NCBI GenBank assembly: GCA_963921275.4
Contig: OZ001293.3
Span: forward strand, 3,584,001-3,648,000
Direction of reading: 5' to 3'
DNA from: an uncultured Hormoscilla sp.
Lineage (GTDB): Bacteria > Cyanobacteriota > Cyanobacteriia > Cyanobacteriales > Desertifilaceae
DNA: 64,000 bases
Position numbers and translations under genes: made by a program. The notes beneath the pieces were generated by a model, which was not told the DNA's origin, did not search any database, and was given only the letters and a program-made list of their open reading frames with translations. Positions 21,425 through 32,372 of the stretch are shown here, piece after piece (position 1 is the first letter of the stretch; the number at the start of each line of letters is the position of its first letter).

Positions 21425-21571
21425 TATTTGTCAACAAAGGAGCTATTGACAGCAGGTACTCCGATGCGTTAAGCTAAGAATTGACTCGGCTCTGGATGCC
21501 AAAGCTTAGTTGGATATGGCGATCGCGTCCCTGTAAACAGATCGGTTGGTGCTATTATAGCAGCGATCGCC
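21425..21571 (+). repeat. Inter-cassette repeat, copy C (longest)
   Basis: Contains both the B-shared 5' part and the A-shared 3' part. Confidence 0.85.
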
Positions 21572-22056
21572 ATGATTGGCCATAGGATCGGGAAAATAGG
21601 GAGTTCGATCTAAAATGGCCATTTCGATCGGGAACACAAGATAAGAAGGGTGACCCCAGAGTTGTTCGTACCCTTTTCATTTTCCTAAAATGGCCATCTT
21701 GTTCCCCGACCCCAAGGGGGAGGGAAGATTCTCAACAGTTAAAATTAATTGATAATATTAAGGATGAAACCACAAAAATTAGTTCAACTACACCTTGACA
21801 GGGGTGGGGGCCTAAACCTAAAACTAATCAGGCGATCGCCGGTCCTTCGACAAAGAAAGAATTACAAGTTGTTTTTAGAATAACGTTATCTCTAAAGAAT
21901 AACTCATGCTACAATGAAGAAATAATGACACAGATAGAAAGGTCGATCGCCGAGTAAGAGTCAGACTTGAGATTTGCGCTAGCATAAGACTGTAGCGGTT
22001 AAAATCGTAGATATACAAACCTTAGATTCACTATTCTGTAAGAACAGAAGGTCTAA

Positions 22057-24030
22057 ATGCCAAAAGCCCCAAACATACCACCGGAACCTGAGATTACACA
22101 CGAACAAAGAGAAGCAGCAGAAGCCGAAATCAGGGAAAAGCAAAAAACAGTTGACTATGACACAAAAGAATATCCAGTGGAAGTGCTTGTCCTGAAATAC
22201 CGAGATGGGTTGGATGAAGATACCAATGAGTTGTATATACCCGACTATCAACGAGATATGAATTGGGACGAAAGTCGGCAGTCAAAGTTTATTGAATCTG
22301 TGCGATTCGTTCTAGCCTAACGTGGTCAAACACGGAACGCTAGCCCGGTTTCATTAGCCGGGAACTCTGACCGCATGGGGGTTAAATTCCCCTCCCCCCA
22401 GGTACGGGGGTGACACCGGTCCTCGGTGCTACGAAGCGACATCATCGTGGTGCTAAGCGAGGACTCAAATGTAGGATAACTGGCAGCCTAAGCCGGTGAC
22501 GCCGCTAGGAAAGATATCCAAGGTTAGAGCAGGCAAACATGTGCAAGCCTCGTTATAAGGAACCAGCGAAATAAGGCTATATGCGCTGGCCTAAAAAGGA
22601 AATGGTAGCTAGTATTAGTTTTAGACTCTGGCTAATATAGTACTCAAATAGCTCCCGGGGTATAGTGTGGACCTAAAGGTATCGCGAAATGTTGTTAGGG
22701 AACGAAGTAACCTCTCGTGTGCTGTCCATCAGGACAAGTTAGATGTTAAGCGCAAGCCACGGGGGGAGGGATGGCCCAAGAAGCGAATGCCCGGGGTAAT
22801 TCCTGGGATAACATCTACAGTAATGTAGATGATGCTGGGTAGCCAGCGCTGACGTGGGTCGGTGATACTAGGAAGCTGCTGGAATGAGTAATCCTAAAAA
22901 GCCACGGAACTAATCCGAAACGCAAGTGGAGGATAAGGTATGGATAACTGGTAAAACTGACTTGAAAATGGTGATACTAACGGTTATCAGAACAACCACT
23001 CGCTAAACCAGGAAAGGGAAGAAAAGACAGGCGGCAAGGGCTAACGGAAGTAATTCCTATTAAGTCTACCTATGAAAAGGGCCTAGTACCCAGTAGCCGG
23101 ATGCGGTGAAAATCGCAAGTCCGGTTCCTCAAGGGAGGGTCGGGAAGCGATTCCCGGCTCGACCCCATCCATTTTTCTAGGATTACCTACCCAGATTTTT
23201 GTAGCTGATTTGCGACGAAAGCCAGAAGATGATGAGGAAGATTTAGGTCGGTTAGAAATTGTTGATGGCACCCAACGTATCCGTACATTAAACAGATTTC
23301 TCAATAACGAACTACAGTTGTGTGGACTAGAAAAGCTAAAGAAGCTTAACAACTTCAAATTCAGGGATTTGCCCCTGACAAGACAAAGACGCTTTAACAG
23401 GGCCACGATTCGCATAATTGTGCTGACGAAGAAAGCTGATGAAGAAACACGACGGGATATGTTGAACGCCTCAATACAGGTAGCGTCGAACTAAATGACA
23501 TGGAGAAGCGTCGAGGTAGATCTCCGGGGCCGTTTGTCGATCTGCTTGAAGAACTCGCCAAAACTCCCAAATTTATTAAACTATGTCCTAGATCGGAGGC
23601 ACTTGTTCGCAAAGGGGAACCTGAAGAATTTGTGTTACGTTTTTTTGCCTACTTAAATAACTATCAGAATTTTGACGGGCACGTCAATAAGTTTCTCAAT
23701 GAATATCTAGAAGAACATAACCATGCTGGAATCGACCGAGATGTTATGGGCTCTGAATTTCACAAAATGTTAGACTTTGTTGACAAATACTTTCCCAATG
23801 GATTTAGTAAAACCAAAGGTCATGTCAGAACACCAAGAATACGCTTCGAGGCAATTTCTGTAGGTGTTGCACTCGCTTTGAGAGAAAAGAGCGATCTCGA
23901 ACCAAAATCAATGGCCTGGCTTGACTCACGAGAATTCAAGGAATATACTACCTCAGATGCAAGCAACTCCAGATATAAAGTAATTCGGCGTATTGAATAT
24001 GTTCGCGATGAACTTCTCGGTAAATCATGA
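22057..24030 (+). pseudogene. DUF262 (ParB-like) domain protein, intron-split and frameshifted
   Basis: IPDYQRDMNW..SKFIES|IFLGLP, EIVDGTQRIRTL; 1-nt loss near 23463 breaks DMFERLNTG. Confidence 0.85.
22300..23170 (+). mobile_element. ORF-less group II intron (about 871 nt)
   Basis: 5' GTGCG; domain V AGCCGGATGCGGTGAAAATCGCAAGTCCGGTT at ~23095-23126; domain VI hairpin with bulged A at 23162; removal restores the DUF262 frame; no RT ORF. Confidence 0.88.
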
Positions 24031-24725
24031 CTAGCACGTTATTTCAGGACTTCAACGAACGCTCTAAGGAAGTGAGCAAATATTTTATGTTCTTGAAGAG
24101 TTTGGAGCAGGGGACTACTAAATTAAGTATGGAAGGTAAAGGGGGAATTACAAAAATTAAAGAAATTGATTCTGAGTTAATTAAGACATTAAAATCCAGC
24201 GGTTTTCTGTTGCTCTATAACCTAGTGGAAGCAACAATGCGAAACGCGATCGAAGCAATATTTAGCGAACTGCAAAGTCAAGGAGTTGACTACGACCAAA
24301 TTAGACCTGAACTCAAAAAAGTTATCCTCAAAAACCTCAAGAAGCGAAACTCCGAAAAAATATTTTCAAGTATAACAGCTATTGCGGTAGATATTATTAC
24401 TGCTGGATTTGAGAAAGAAGATCTTTTTTCTGGAAACGTTGATGCTAGAAAAATAAGAGAGACGGCAACTGAATATGGATTTTCACATCTGACTGATTAG
24501 GCCAAAACAGGTCATGGATTGGATTTATTGATAATCAAGTCAAATAGGAATGATTTAGCACATGGCTATAAATCTTTTGCCGAGGTAGGAAAAGAAAAAA
24601 ACGCAGATGAGTTATTAGAGATTAAGAAGAAGACAGTCAGCTATTTAAGGGAAATACTGCAAAATATTGAACAATATTTATCAAATCAAGAATACTTAGA
24701 TTCATCGACTACAGGGACTCCTTAA
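24027..24725 (+). pseudogene. MAE_28990/MAE_18760-like HEPN protein with in-frame stop
   Basis: LLLYNLVEATM, FSGNVDARKI, RNDLAHG (Rx4H); TAG at 24498-24500. Confidence 0.75.
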
Positions 24726-25754
24726 ATCAATATGATTTAGGATACTATGAGCAATTACTTGACCGAGTTTGACAGGCACGGCATTCCCAATTAATCGCTC
24801 TACTAGAGAGAACAGCACGGGTTCATCAGGGGCGACCAACTGGTATGTTGGTGGAAAAGTTTGTAATAAGGCTGCTTCTCTCAGAGAGATAGCCCTATCT
24901 TGTTCGGGATGACCAAACCGACCATTGCCAAAACCAAAACACTGGGTAGTAATAGTTGGGCTAGGTTTATCCCATTCCATTCTACCATACACTGCTGGAT
25001 AGGTTTTACCGCTCTTTTTTATGTGGCATTTGGCCATTAAGTCTTGAGGCCAATCTCGCCAAGTTACTCCTGGTTTGGAAGCCCGAATACGGCGCAGATT
25101 TAGAGCCGAAAGCTTGCTACTTCTATGGAGACGATCTATTGGAGAAGCTTGCCCCGCACAAAGGGGTTCGAGATTTTCAATAGTTTGTCTGACTGTTTGG
25201 TAAGTATCTGGGTTATGTGTTGGTGCAATTAGGTTGATTTTACCAAATCTTGAAGCAAATAAGACTAATCGCTTTCGAGATTGAGGAATTCCATAATCTA
25301 GACAGTTCACCTCATAAAACTCAAAGCAATAGTTTAACTTTTTCAGCTGGGCGATAAACTCCTGAAAAACTGAATGAAGTTTTAACTGAAGTACATTTTC
25401 CATTGAAATAATATCAGGTTCGCATTCTTCAATCAGACGAGCAAAATCTTGCAAAAGCTTCCACTTCGACTGCCGATCGTTATAACGTCTTGAATAACTG
25501 GAAAATGGCTGACAAGGGGCGCATCCTGCTAATACTTTAATACTGCTTCCAGAAAAATGTTCTGCTAAATCAAGACCGCTGACATTTTGCACATCTTGCA
25601 ATAGGAATTTGGCTTTATTGTTATGTTCGTATGGAAACTTACACGCGGGATCGATATCATATCCAGCTTTGACTGGAAGACCTGCTTGCTCAAACCCATA
25701 GGTTAGTCCTCCAGCACCACAAAACAGATCTACTGTGGAGATGCTTATAGCCAT
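24702..25754 (-). CDS. DNA (cytosine-5)-methyltransferase
   Basis: DLFCGAGG, PCQPFS, ENV, PQSRKR, IGNAVP motifs. Confidence 0.93.
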   Translation of the reverse strand: MAISISTVDLFCGAGGLTYGFEQAGLPVKAGYDIDPACKFPYEHNNKAKFLLQDVQNVSGLDLAEHFSGSSIKVLAGCAPCQPFSSYSRRYNDRQSKWKLLQDFARLIEECEPDIISMENVLQLKLHSVFQEFIAQLKKLNYCFEFYEVNCLDYGIPQSRKRLVLFASRFGKINLIAPTHNPDTYQTVRQTIENLEPLCAGQASPIDRLHRSSKLSALNLRRIRASKPGVTWRDWPQDLMAKCHIKKSGKTYPAVYGRMEWDKPSPTITTQCFGFGNGRFGHPEQDRAISLREAALLQTFPPTYQLVAPDEPVLFSLVERLIGNAVPVKLGQVIAHSILNHIDLRSPCSR

Positions 25755-25818
25755 TCACTCCCTCTTGTTAGGATATGCGATCCAATGTCGTCGTATTGCG
25801 TAAGAATAAAAACACTGA

Positions 25819-26177
25819 TTACTCTGCCAGTGGGACAATTAACTCGGAAAACCTGTTAAAATCACCGACATTATTTGTCAGCTACTCACCAATTCCATAA
25901 ACTAGCATAGTTGCCACAATATTAGCATCATGGACCTGTGCGCCACCGATAGTAATTTCTTCCATAAGCGTCAACAGCCTTTCAGTCACCTGCGGACTAT
26001 CTTCAGCTATAAAAAAGCGGTTGGTCTTCAGCTATAAAAAAGCGGTTGGTAAAATATCTAATCTCGACAGTAAGCTCCCTTAATGGCATTTATAGCTGCC
26101 AAGTGAAAAGGAGACTCGATAATGCTGGCAGATACAAGGATATTGGTGTCGAGAAAGACAGCAATTTAGCCCATCAT
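25819..26177 (-). pseudogene. PIN/VapC toxin remnant
   Basis: VFLDTNILV, GAQVHDANIVATML, NVGDFNRF; stops, internal deletion and a 25-bp tandem duplication at 26000-26049. Confidence 0.75.
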
Positions 26178-26419
26178 TAATACATATCCTCCCGTCTCAG
26201 AGAAAGATCGGCAGGCCAAGTTCCTACACTAATCGCAGGAAAGTCTAGCGGTGGACGTTCTTTCTTTGTGGTTGGTTTCTCTGTCACTGCTTTCTCTGTC
26301 ACCAAATTTTATCCGATCGCCAACCGTATTTGATGTTCTCCTGGCAAAATATCCGGCGGCAATTTCAAGGTAATTGTACCCTCTGCATTCACCGTGGCAA
26401 TGGTTTCAATTGTTTTCAC
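26177..26419 (-). pseudogene. Antitoxin remnant paired with the PIN gene
   Basis: MKTIETIATV...LPPDILPGEH...LSLRREDMY with one in-frame TAA. Confidence 0.6.
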
Positions 26420-26605
26420 AATATCTCTCCTCTAACCAACATTTACCTTTCACTATTATCATATACAAAGATTCAAAATTGAAATTACATTCTGATCATA
26501 TGTGACTTAACATGAGAAATCCGCTCTTATAGCGCGGATTTCTCATCAGACTGCCTATTTGTGGTTTTACTTCCAGGTTAAACCTAGCTTAATCGTACTT
26601 CCCTG

Positions 26606-27343
26606 TTACTCTTGGGGAGTATCGGAGGCTTGGCCTTCTTCAGTCGAGTCACCTTGGGAATTAGAGGCATTTTTTTCCTCCAGCCGCTGTGCTTGTTTTT
26701 TGCGATCGGCCTGGAGAATATCAGCCATCACACTGCGTGCCTGGTTCATTTTTTCCAGATTTGAGCGGTACAACTCCAGGTCTTTTTCCAGTTTATCCTT
26801 TGGCAAATTCAGGGTATCGCAGACTTGTTTGAGCGCAGAGGCCAAGTGTTTTTCGTTTTTCACCATCTCCGGGTTGGCCATTTGCAACAAATTATACATA
26901 CCAATGGCAAACAGACGGCTATACTTAAACTTTCGGTTAGAGGCGATCGCGTCCGCCGTTTCCCGCAACTGTTCAGTACCTGGGGTGCTATCCGACAGGG
27001 TAAGACCCGCCAGTATTACTGGCCCTGACGAACTGGTTGCCACCGATTGTAACCGCTGAGCATCCTCTTGATATCGTTGCGGATCGTCTCCCAGGGCCTT
27101 ACAGAGGGAATTAAAAATAGAGACCTTATCATCTGGAGGGGTATAGCCCTGCATAAACTGGTCAAAGGAGGATACTACGCCCAAAGCATAGATCGGGTCG
27201 TAGCGAAAATCCACATTTACCCACAGCAAGTGCATTTCCACCATCAACTCTTCCACCACCCGCCGATAGATCGAATTGATCGGACGAGTGTGGAGGCTAT
27301 AGAAAGATCGCTTAGTATCTGAAAAAGTGGGGACGTTATTCAC
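26606..27343 (-). CDS. psb29: Photosystem II biogenesis protein Psb29/Thf1
   Basis: SDTKRSFY..HTRPINSIYRRVVEELMVEMHLL, FKYSRLFAIG; likely GTG start 27343. Confidence 0.93.
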   Translation of the reverse strand: MNNVPTFSDTKRSFYSLHTRPINSIYRRVVEELMVEMHLLWVNVDFRYDPIYALGVVSSFDQFMQGYTPPDDKVSIFNSLCKALGDDPQRYQEDAQRLQSVATSSSGPVILAGLTLSDSTPGTEQLRETADAIASNRKFKYSRLFAIGMYNLLQMANPEMVKNEKHLASALKQVCDTLNLPKDKLEKDLELYRSNLEKMNQARSVMADILQADRKKQAQRLEEKNASNSQGDSTEEGQASDTPQE

Positions 27344-27582
27344 TTGCAGAATCTTTTTGGAGAACGTGATCCCATTTTCTCTCGGACAGGCAACTTTGCC
27401 AACCCTATCCTTTCCCCTGACCGAACAGACGAGCGGGCCGCCCTTACGGCAAAAACAGCCAAGTCTCACTTGCGAGACTGGCGACAACCATTGCCCGATC
27501 GCCCATTATCTGGTAAGCAGCAGCATCTGCCTGCGCCGGGGGCCAAATTTGCTGGGGATAGGACGGCGCTTCCGGCTACTTG

Positions 27583-27939
27583 CTAACTGGTAACTCTAGA
27601 TACGCCTTCAAGGGCATCATCTTCAGTGTCAAAGATGTCAAACACCGAATCCATCATCGTGACCTCAAACACCAGTTTAGCTTCTGGATGCACATTACAA
27701 ATGCGGAAACTCCCTTTGACCTTCTCCGCGTCTCGCATCCCTGCCACCAGGGATGTCAGACCCGAACTATCGATGAAGTTAACCTCACCGAGATTGACTA
27801 CTATATGACGACTGAGTTTAGAAATACACTCCTGTAACTTCAGGCGAAATTGCCAAGCCGTGGTTATATCCAGGCGTCCTGTCGGCGCCAATACGATAAT
27901 TGTTGTGCCGTCTTGGGTTGTATATGTTTTTTGCTTCAT
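27583..27939 (-). CDS. STAS-domain anti-sigma factor antagonist
   Basis: GRLDITTA, VNFIDSSGLTSLV. Confidence 0.9.
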   Translation of the reverse strand: MKQKTYTTQDGTTIIVLAPTGRLDITTAWQFRLKLQECISKLSRHIVVNLGEVNFIDSSGLTSLVAGMRDAEKVKGSFRICNVHPEAKLVFEVTMMDSVFDIFDTEDDALEGVSRVTS

Positions 27940-28053
27940 CTGGGTCGTCTACCCTCTTCTAGGAATTGTGGACTTTTGGGTTGATCTGAGAATCTCTCTT
28001 GACCGGCAACAACCCCACTACCTCCGAGCCAAGGACAAAAACTGCCTGGATTC

Positions 28054-28142
28054 GATATCTTCTGTTGTGCTCTTGTCCCAAGGGACTCGTGATATCTTTT
28101 GCGTGCCGAGTCCTTCAGGACAAGAGCACGGCAAAAGATATC
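28054..28142. repeat. Long imperfect hairpin repeat
   Basis: GATATCTTCTGTTGTGCTCTTGTCC pairs with GGACAAGAGCACGGCAAAAGATATC; related sequence near 59562-59618. Confidence 0.7.
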
Positions 28143-28360
28143 AAACACAGAAGACATCGATGGTTGATTGCCCAGTCAAGGTCCGATCCCTAATCTGCGA
28201 AAAGCGCCTCGTTCCTCATACTAACCGTAACTAAGACGCCAAGGACGCCTGCTTTCCTCACTCCATGCCCACATAGTTTACGCCAATTCCCGCCAGCTAT
28301 AAAGCCCCCTGAAGCCAAGGCTTGTGGGAGTGTGAATGCAACTGTTTTGAGTAAAGTATA

Positions 28361-28516
28361 ACCTAAGTTGCTACCTATAAAAATTTTGACATCTGAGACA
28401 ACATTTTTGCTAAAAAAATTCAAAACTATGCCTTTTTTGGGTAAATCACAAGGTAATTTTAGCTAATTTTGCCGACCTAATTTTGGGGTTGAGGTTCTGT
28501 AGGTCGCAACTTGAGT
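28361..28516. mobile_element. 156-bp MITE with IS982-type ends
   Basis: Ends ACCTAAGTTGCTACCTA / TAGGTCGCAACTTGAGT match the IS at 5514-6525; 9-bp TSD TAAAGTATA. Confidence 0.88.
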
Positions 28517-28574
28517 TAAAGTATATCTTTCCATCTTACTACCACAACCAATAGTTGTCTCAAGCTGTCCCATA

Positions 28575-29606
28575 CTATGCATGAGACCAAGAAGCCCAGT
28601 CCTGGGGTTTCAAGAACCGCTCATACAGATGAGCTTCCGGTGTATTTGCTTCCGGTTGATAGCAGTATTCCCAGCGTACTAGAGGCGGCAAAGACATGAG
28701 AATCGATTCTGTGCGTCCATTTGTTTGCAGCCCAAAGATGGTGCCCCGGTCATATACGAGATTGAACTCTACGTAGCGGCCCCGGCGATAGAGCTGAAAC
28801 TGGCGTTCCCGATCTCCATACTCCTTCGACCGGCGGTCTTCCACAATTTTCCCATAACTATCTAAAAAGCTATTACCACAAGCTTGGATAAAACTGAATA
28901 GCTGTTCCCAGGTGCGAGGTTCTAGGGTTCCGACTTTTTGGCTATTTTCAGCAGCGGGACCCTTTTCATTAGGGCCACGATACAGCGCACCCCGACCGTC
29001 TTGATAATCAAAAAAGATGCCACCTACCCCCCGCATCTCCTGCCGGTGTTTCAGGTAAAAATATTCATCACACCAGGGTTTAAACACCGGGTAATAATCC
29101 TGATGGTGCTCGTCACAAGCTTTTTTCAGGGTTTTGTGGAAATGAGCAGCATCCTCCTCAAACGGATAGTATGGGGTCAAATCTGCCCCACCACCAAACC
29201 ACCAAACCGGTCCTGCCTCAAAATACCTATAATTAAGGTGTACCGTGGGCACGTAAGGATTGCGCGGATGCAGCACCATAGAAGTACCGGTGGCATAAAA
29301 TCCATGACCAGCAGCTTCTGGTCGCTGGTTCAAGATCGAGGGCGGTAACTGGGAGCCCCAAACCTGAGAGAAATTGACGCCACCTTGCTCAAAAACCCCC
29401 CCCTCTCGGATTACTCTGGAGCGACCTCCGCCCCCTTCTGGGCGCTCCCAGGTATCTTCACGGAAAGTTTTCTCACGATCAAGCTTTTCCAATCCTTGAC
29501 AAATATCGTCTTGCAGCTGCTGCATAAACTGGCTGATTCTGGTTTGGGAATCTTTCGGAGGTATGTCCTGAGATGTAGTGGTTGTCGTAGTCGAAGACTT
29601 TGTCAT
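28575..29606 (-). CDS. hemF: Oxygen-dependent coproporphyrinogen III oxidase
   Basis: [43 protein letters not shown]. Confidence 0.96.
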   Translation of the reverse strand: MTKSSTTTTTTSQDIPPKDSQTRISQFMQQLQDDICQGLEKLDREKTFREDTWERPEGGGGRSRVIREGGVFEQGGVNFSQVWGSQLPPSILNQRPEAAGHGFYATGTSMVLHPRNPYVPTVHLNYRYFEAGPVWWFGGGADLTPYYPFEEDAAHFHKTLKKACDEHHQDYYPVFKPWCDEYFYLKHRQEMRGVGGIFFDYQDGRGALYRGPNEKGPAAENSQKVGTLEPRTWEQLFSFIQACGNSFLDSYGKIVEDRRSKEYGDRERQFQLYRRGRYVEFNLVYDRGTIFGLQTNGRTESILMSLPPLVRWEYCYQPEANTPEAHLYERFLKPQDWASWSHA

Positions 29607-29704
29607 AAACTCAATATTTCACGCTCTCACAATCGGTAGTGTCTAGCTAATGATGCTAACCTAGCCTAACCTGAATGTTGCCCTAAGAGCAAAATGGGAT
29701 ACAG

Positions 29705-30235
29705 ATGACAAAATTTTTGTCCAAATTAATCCATCGAAATCGTAAAAGGGTTCGGTGTTCTCTGGCGAGGACCTATCGAACTATCAGTTCTGCCTCTGTC
29801 GATGACCTGTGGCAGAAAGTCGTCGATCTGGCTGACGTTTCCTGGCATCCACTGATTGCCAGAACCAATCTCCCCAAAGGGCTAGTAGCTCAACCGGGAC
29901 TGATTTATCGGGCTGTAACGCGATTGAGTCCGATTCCCATCCGGATATTTGTCGAGCGGGTGCGACCACGAGAGCTATTAAGTATCAGAATTTTAGCCAT
30001 GCCAGGGATAGAGGAGCGAGTGATCTACAAGGTAGAGTCTACCCTGTGTGGTAGCCGTGTTTCCTATTCCGTGACCTTGCGAGGCTGGTTGTCGCCAGTT
30101 ATCTGGTCGCTGATCCGACCCTATGCGGCTCGCGTGGCCTCGGCTTTAGCTCAGGCGGCCGAACGAGCTGCCCTGCAAGGGACACAGTCAGATTCCCTCT
30201 CTGGTGGCAGCAGCTCTATTGATTTTGGATTTTAA
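29705..30235 (+). CDS. SRPBCC/START-like protein
   Basis: ASVDDLWQKVVDLADVSWHP pattern. Confidence 0.65.
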   Translation: MTKFLSKLIHRNRKRVRCSLARTYRTISSASVDDLWQKVVDLADVSWHPLIARTNLPKGLVAQPGLIYRAVTRLSPIPIRIFVERVRPRELLSIRILAMPGIEERVIYKVESTLCGSRVSYSVTLRGWLSPVIWSLIRPYAARVASALAQAAERAALQGTQSDSLSGGSSSIDFGF

Positions 30236-30426
30236 ACCAGAAATTTCTCTTTCCAGAGCAAAATAGCAAAAATCAATAGCCCACTCCGATTTTCCCCAAA
30301 CCGTAGGTGTCCTCCTGGGGACCACCTGCCCAGCATCAGCTAGTCAGCATCAAGTGTTGAGAAAATGTTAAGATTTGATAAGATGAGAAGACCCTGATTG
30401 TTGTCGCTAGGGTAGATAACACCATA

Positions 30427-31509
30427 ATGTCTATCACGCTTGATACTAGCTCCGTTTTAGAAGTGTTACGACCGGTGCAAGACCCGGAACTCCGCCAGAG
30501 TTTGGTGGATCTGAACATGATTCGTAATTTAAAAATCTCCGAGGTAGGCAAGGTTAGCTTCACGTTGGTGCTGACGACGCCTGCTTGTCCGTTGCGGGAA
30601 TTCATCATCGAAGACTGTACCAAAGCTGTGAACCAACTGCCAGGCGTGTCCGATGTCAGTGTAGAGGTGACAGCGGAGACGCCCCAACAGAAAAATACTT
30701 TGCCCGATCGCCAAGGAATTGACGGGGTAAAGAATATTCTAGCGATTTCCAGCGGTAAGGGCGGTGTGGGCAAGAGTACCGTTGCTGTCAATGTTGCGGT
30801 GGCCCTGGCCCAAGCGGGTGCCAAAGTCGGTTTGATTGATGCAGATATCTATGGACCGAATGCTCCGACCATGCTAGGACTAGAATCGGCTCAGGTCATG
30901 GTACGGGAATCTTCTCAAGGAGAAGTGCTAGAACCAGCATTTAATCACGGCGTTAAGCTGGTATCCATGGGATTTTTGATTGACAAGGACCAACCGGTAA
31001 TTTGGCGTGGGCCAATGCTGAATGGGGTCATCCGTCAGTTTCTCTACCAGGCGCAGTGGGGTGAGTTGGACTATTTGATTGTGGATATGCCGCCAGGAAC
31101 GGGGGATGCCCAGCTGACTCTGACTCAAGCGGTGCCGATGGCGGGGGCGGTAATTGTGACGACGCCTCAGAATGTGGCTCTGCTGGACTCCCGCAAGGGA
31201 TTAAAGATGTTTCAGCAATTGGGAGTGCCGGTGCTGGGAATTGTGGAGAACATGAGCTATTTTATTCCACCGGATCGGCCAGATAAGCAGTATGATATTT
31301 TTGGTTCTGGCGGCGGCGCAAAAACATCCCAAGAATTGCAGGTGCCTCTGTTGGGCTGTGTGCCCCTGGAAATTGACCTCAGAGAAGGAGGCGATCGGGG
31401 CTCTCCCATTGTAGTGGCCAATCCAGATTCGGCCTCAGCTCAAGCTCTAGTGGCGATCGCCCAACAGATTGCGGCCAAAATATCTGTCGCTGCCCTGAGT
31501 AGTAGTTAG
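30427..31509 (+). CDS. mrp: Mrp/NBP35 Fe-S cluster carrier ATPase
   Basis: SGKGGVGKST, DADIYGP, WRGPML, DMPPGTGD. Confidence 0.93.
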   Translation: MSITLDTSSVLEVLRPVQDPELRQSLVDLNMIRNLKISEVGKVSFTLVLTTPACPLREFIIEDCTKAVNQLPGVSDVSVEVTAETPQQKNTLPDRQGIDGVKNILAISSGKGGVGKSTVAVNVAVALAQAGAKVGLIDADIYGPNAPTMLGLESAQVMVRESSQGEVLEPAFNHGVKLVSMGFLIDKDQPVIWRGPMLNGVIRQFLYQAQWGELDYLIVDMPPGTGDAQLTLTQAVPMAGAVIVTTPQNVALLDSRKGLKMFQQLGVPVLGIVENMSYFIPPDRPDKQYDIFGSGGGAKTSQELQVPLLGCVPLEIDLREGGDRGSPIVVANPDSASAQALVAIAQQIAAKISVAALSSS

Positions 31510-31518
31510 TAGTTATGG

Positions 31519-32301
31519 CTATCAGCGTAAAGCGGGACATAAATTAAGTCAGGAGAGGGTAGAAAAAAGCACAATTGCCAAGGACCCTGGGACAAGTCAC
31601 AGGGTTTGGTATCGTATCCCTTGTAGATCTTCTTCTCGGGAACGACGAGTCTTACTATAGGACAACCCTGTACAGCTGTCTTTTAATCTATCCAGAGAGA
31701 GACTGTCAAAAGCTTGACTAGGGATTGCGCTCGTTAACCGGTCTATCTAAAAGCAGCGTCTGGCGGCATAAACAAGCCATTGCCCGTCGAGATCAACATC
31801 GGTGAATCATCCTGGTGGAATACTGAGGTGGGAGGGGCCTGGTTAAAGCTATTTGTCTATGGGGTGATCTATTATTTCGGCATCAAACAAGGGATTGGGG
31901 CGCTCCTGTCTATGGGAATTTTTATTTGCCCTTCCGTTGTCGCGTCCTGTGGCCTGTTCCCCAACTACCTTTGTGGGTAGAGTGGGCACAATGGATCTGT
32001 TCAAAATATCAACCCACCTCTTCAGGGGTGGAAGGGCGCAATGGTTATTTATCTGGTCTCCATCATACCTCATGTGGCTTGAATGCTCAAACCGAGCGCC
32101 GTGCTCACCGGAATCCATAATTTTGACATCAAGGGAGGGGATGGAACCACGGCAGCGAACCCGACTCTTTGGGCAATCTTTCCCTAACTTATTTGAGTGG
32201 GTGGTAGACCATATGGGTAAACTACCCCGGCCACGACAGTCATATTTTACACCCTACTCCAATCCCTTACCCAGACTGACTGTCCCGGCTTAAGTTGGTA
32301 G
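31519..32301 (+). mobile_element. Internally deleted DUF6399-type IS-like remnant
   Basis: Frameshifted fragments SSGVEGRNGYLS, IHNFDIK..DGTTAA, LFGQSFPNLFEW..MGKLPRPR; imperfect inverted ends CTATCAGCGTAAAGCGGGACA / TGTCCCGGCTTAAGTTGGTAG. Confidence 0.65.
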
Positions 32302-32372
32302 CCGTAGTAGTAGTTGGTAGTTAGTAGCCTTCGGACAGGCGGGACGCCCGTCCTACGCAATCGATAACTGAC

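Noticed and set aside
20328..21571. Canonical integron attC sites
   Set aside because: GTTRRRY-like cores exist but no matching RYYYAAC box with proper spacing, and no intI in the window; kept only as a cassette-like hypothesis
27344..27487. N-terminal extension of Psb29
   Set aside because: Family similarity starts at GTG 27343
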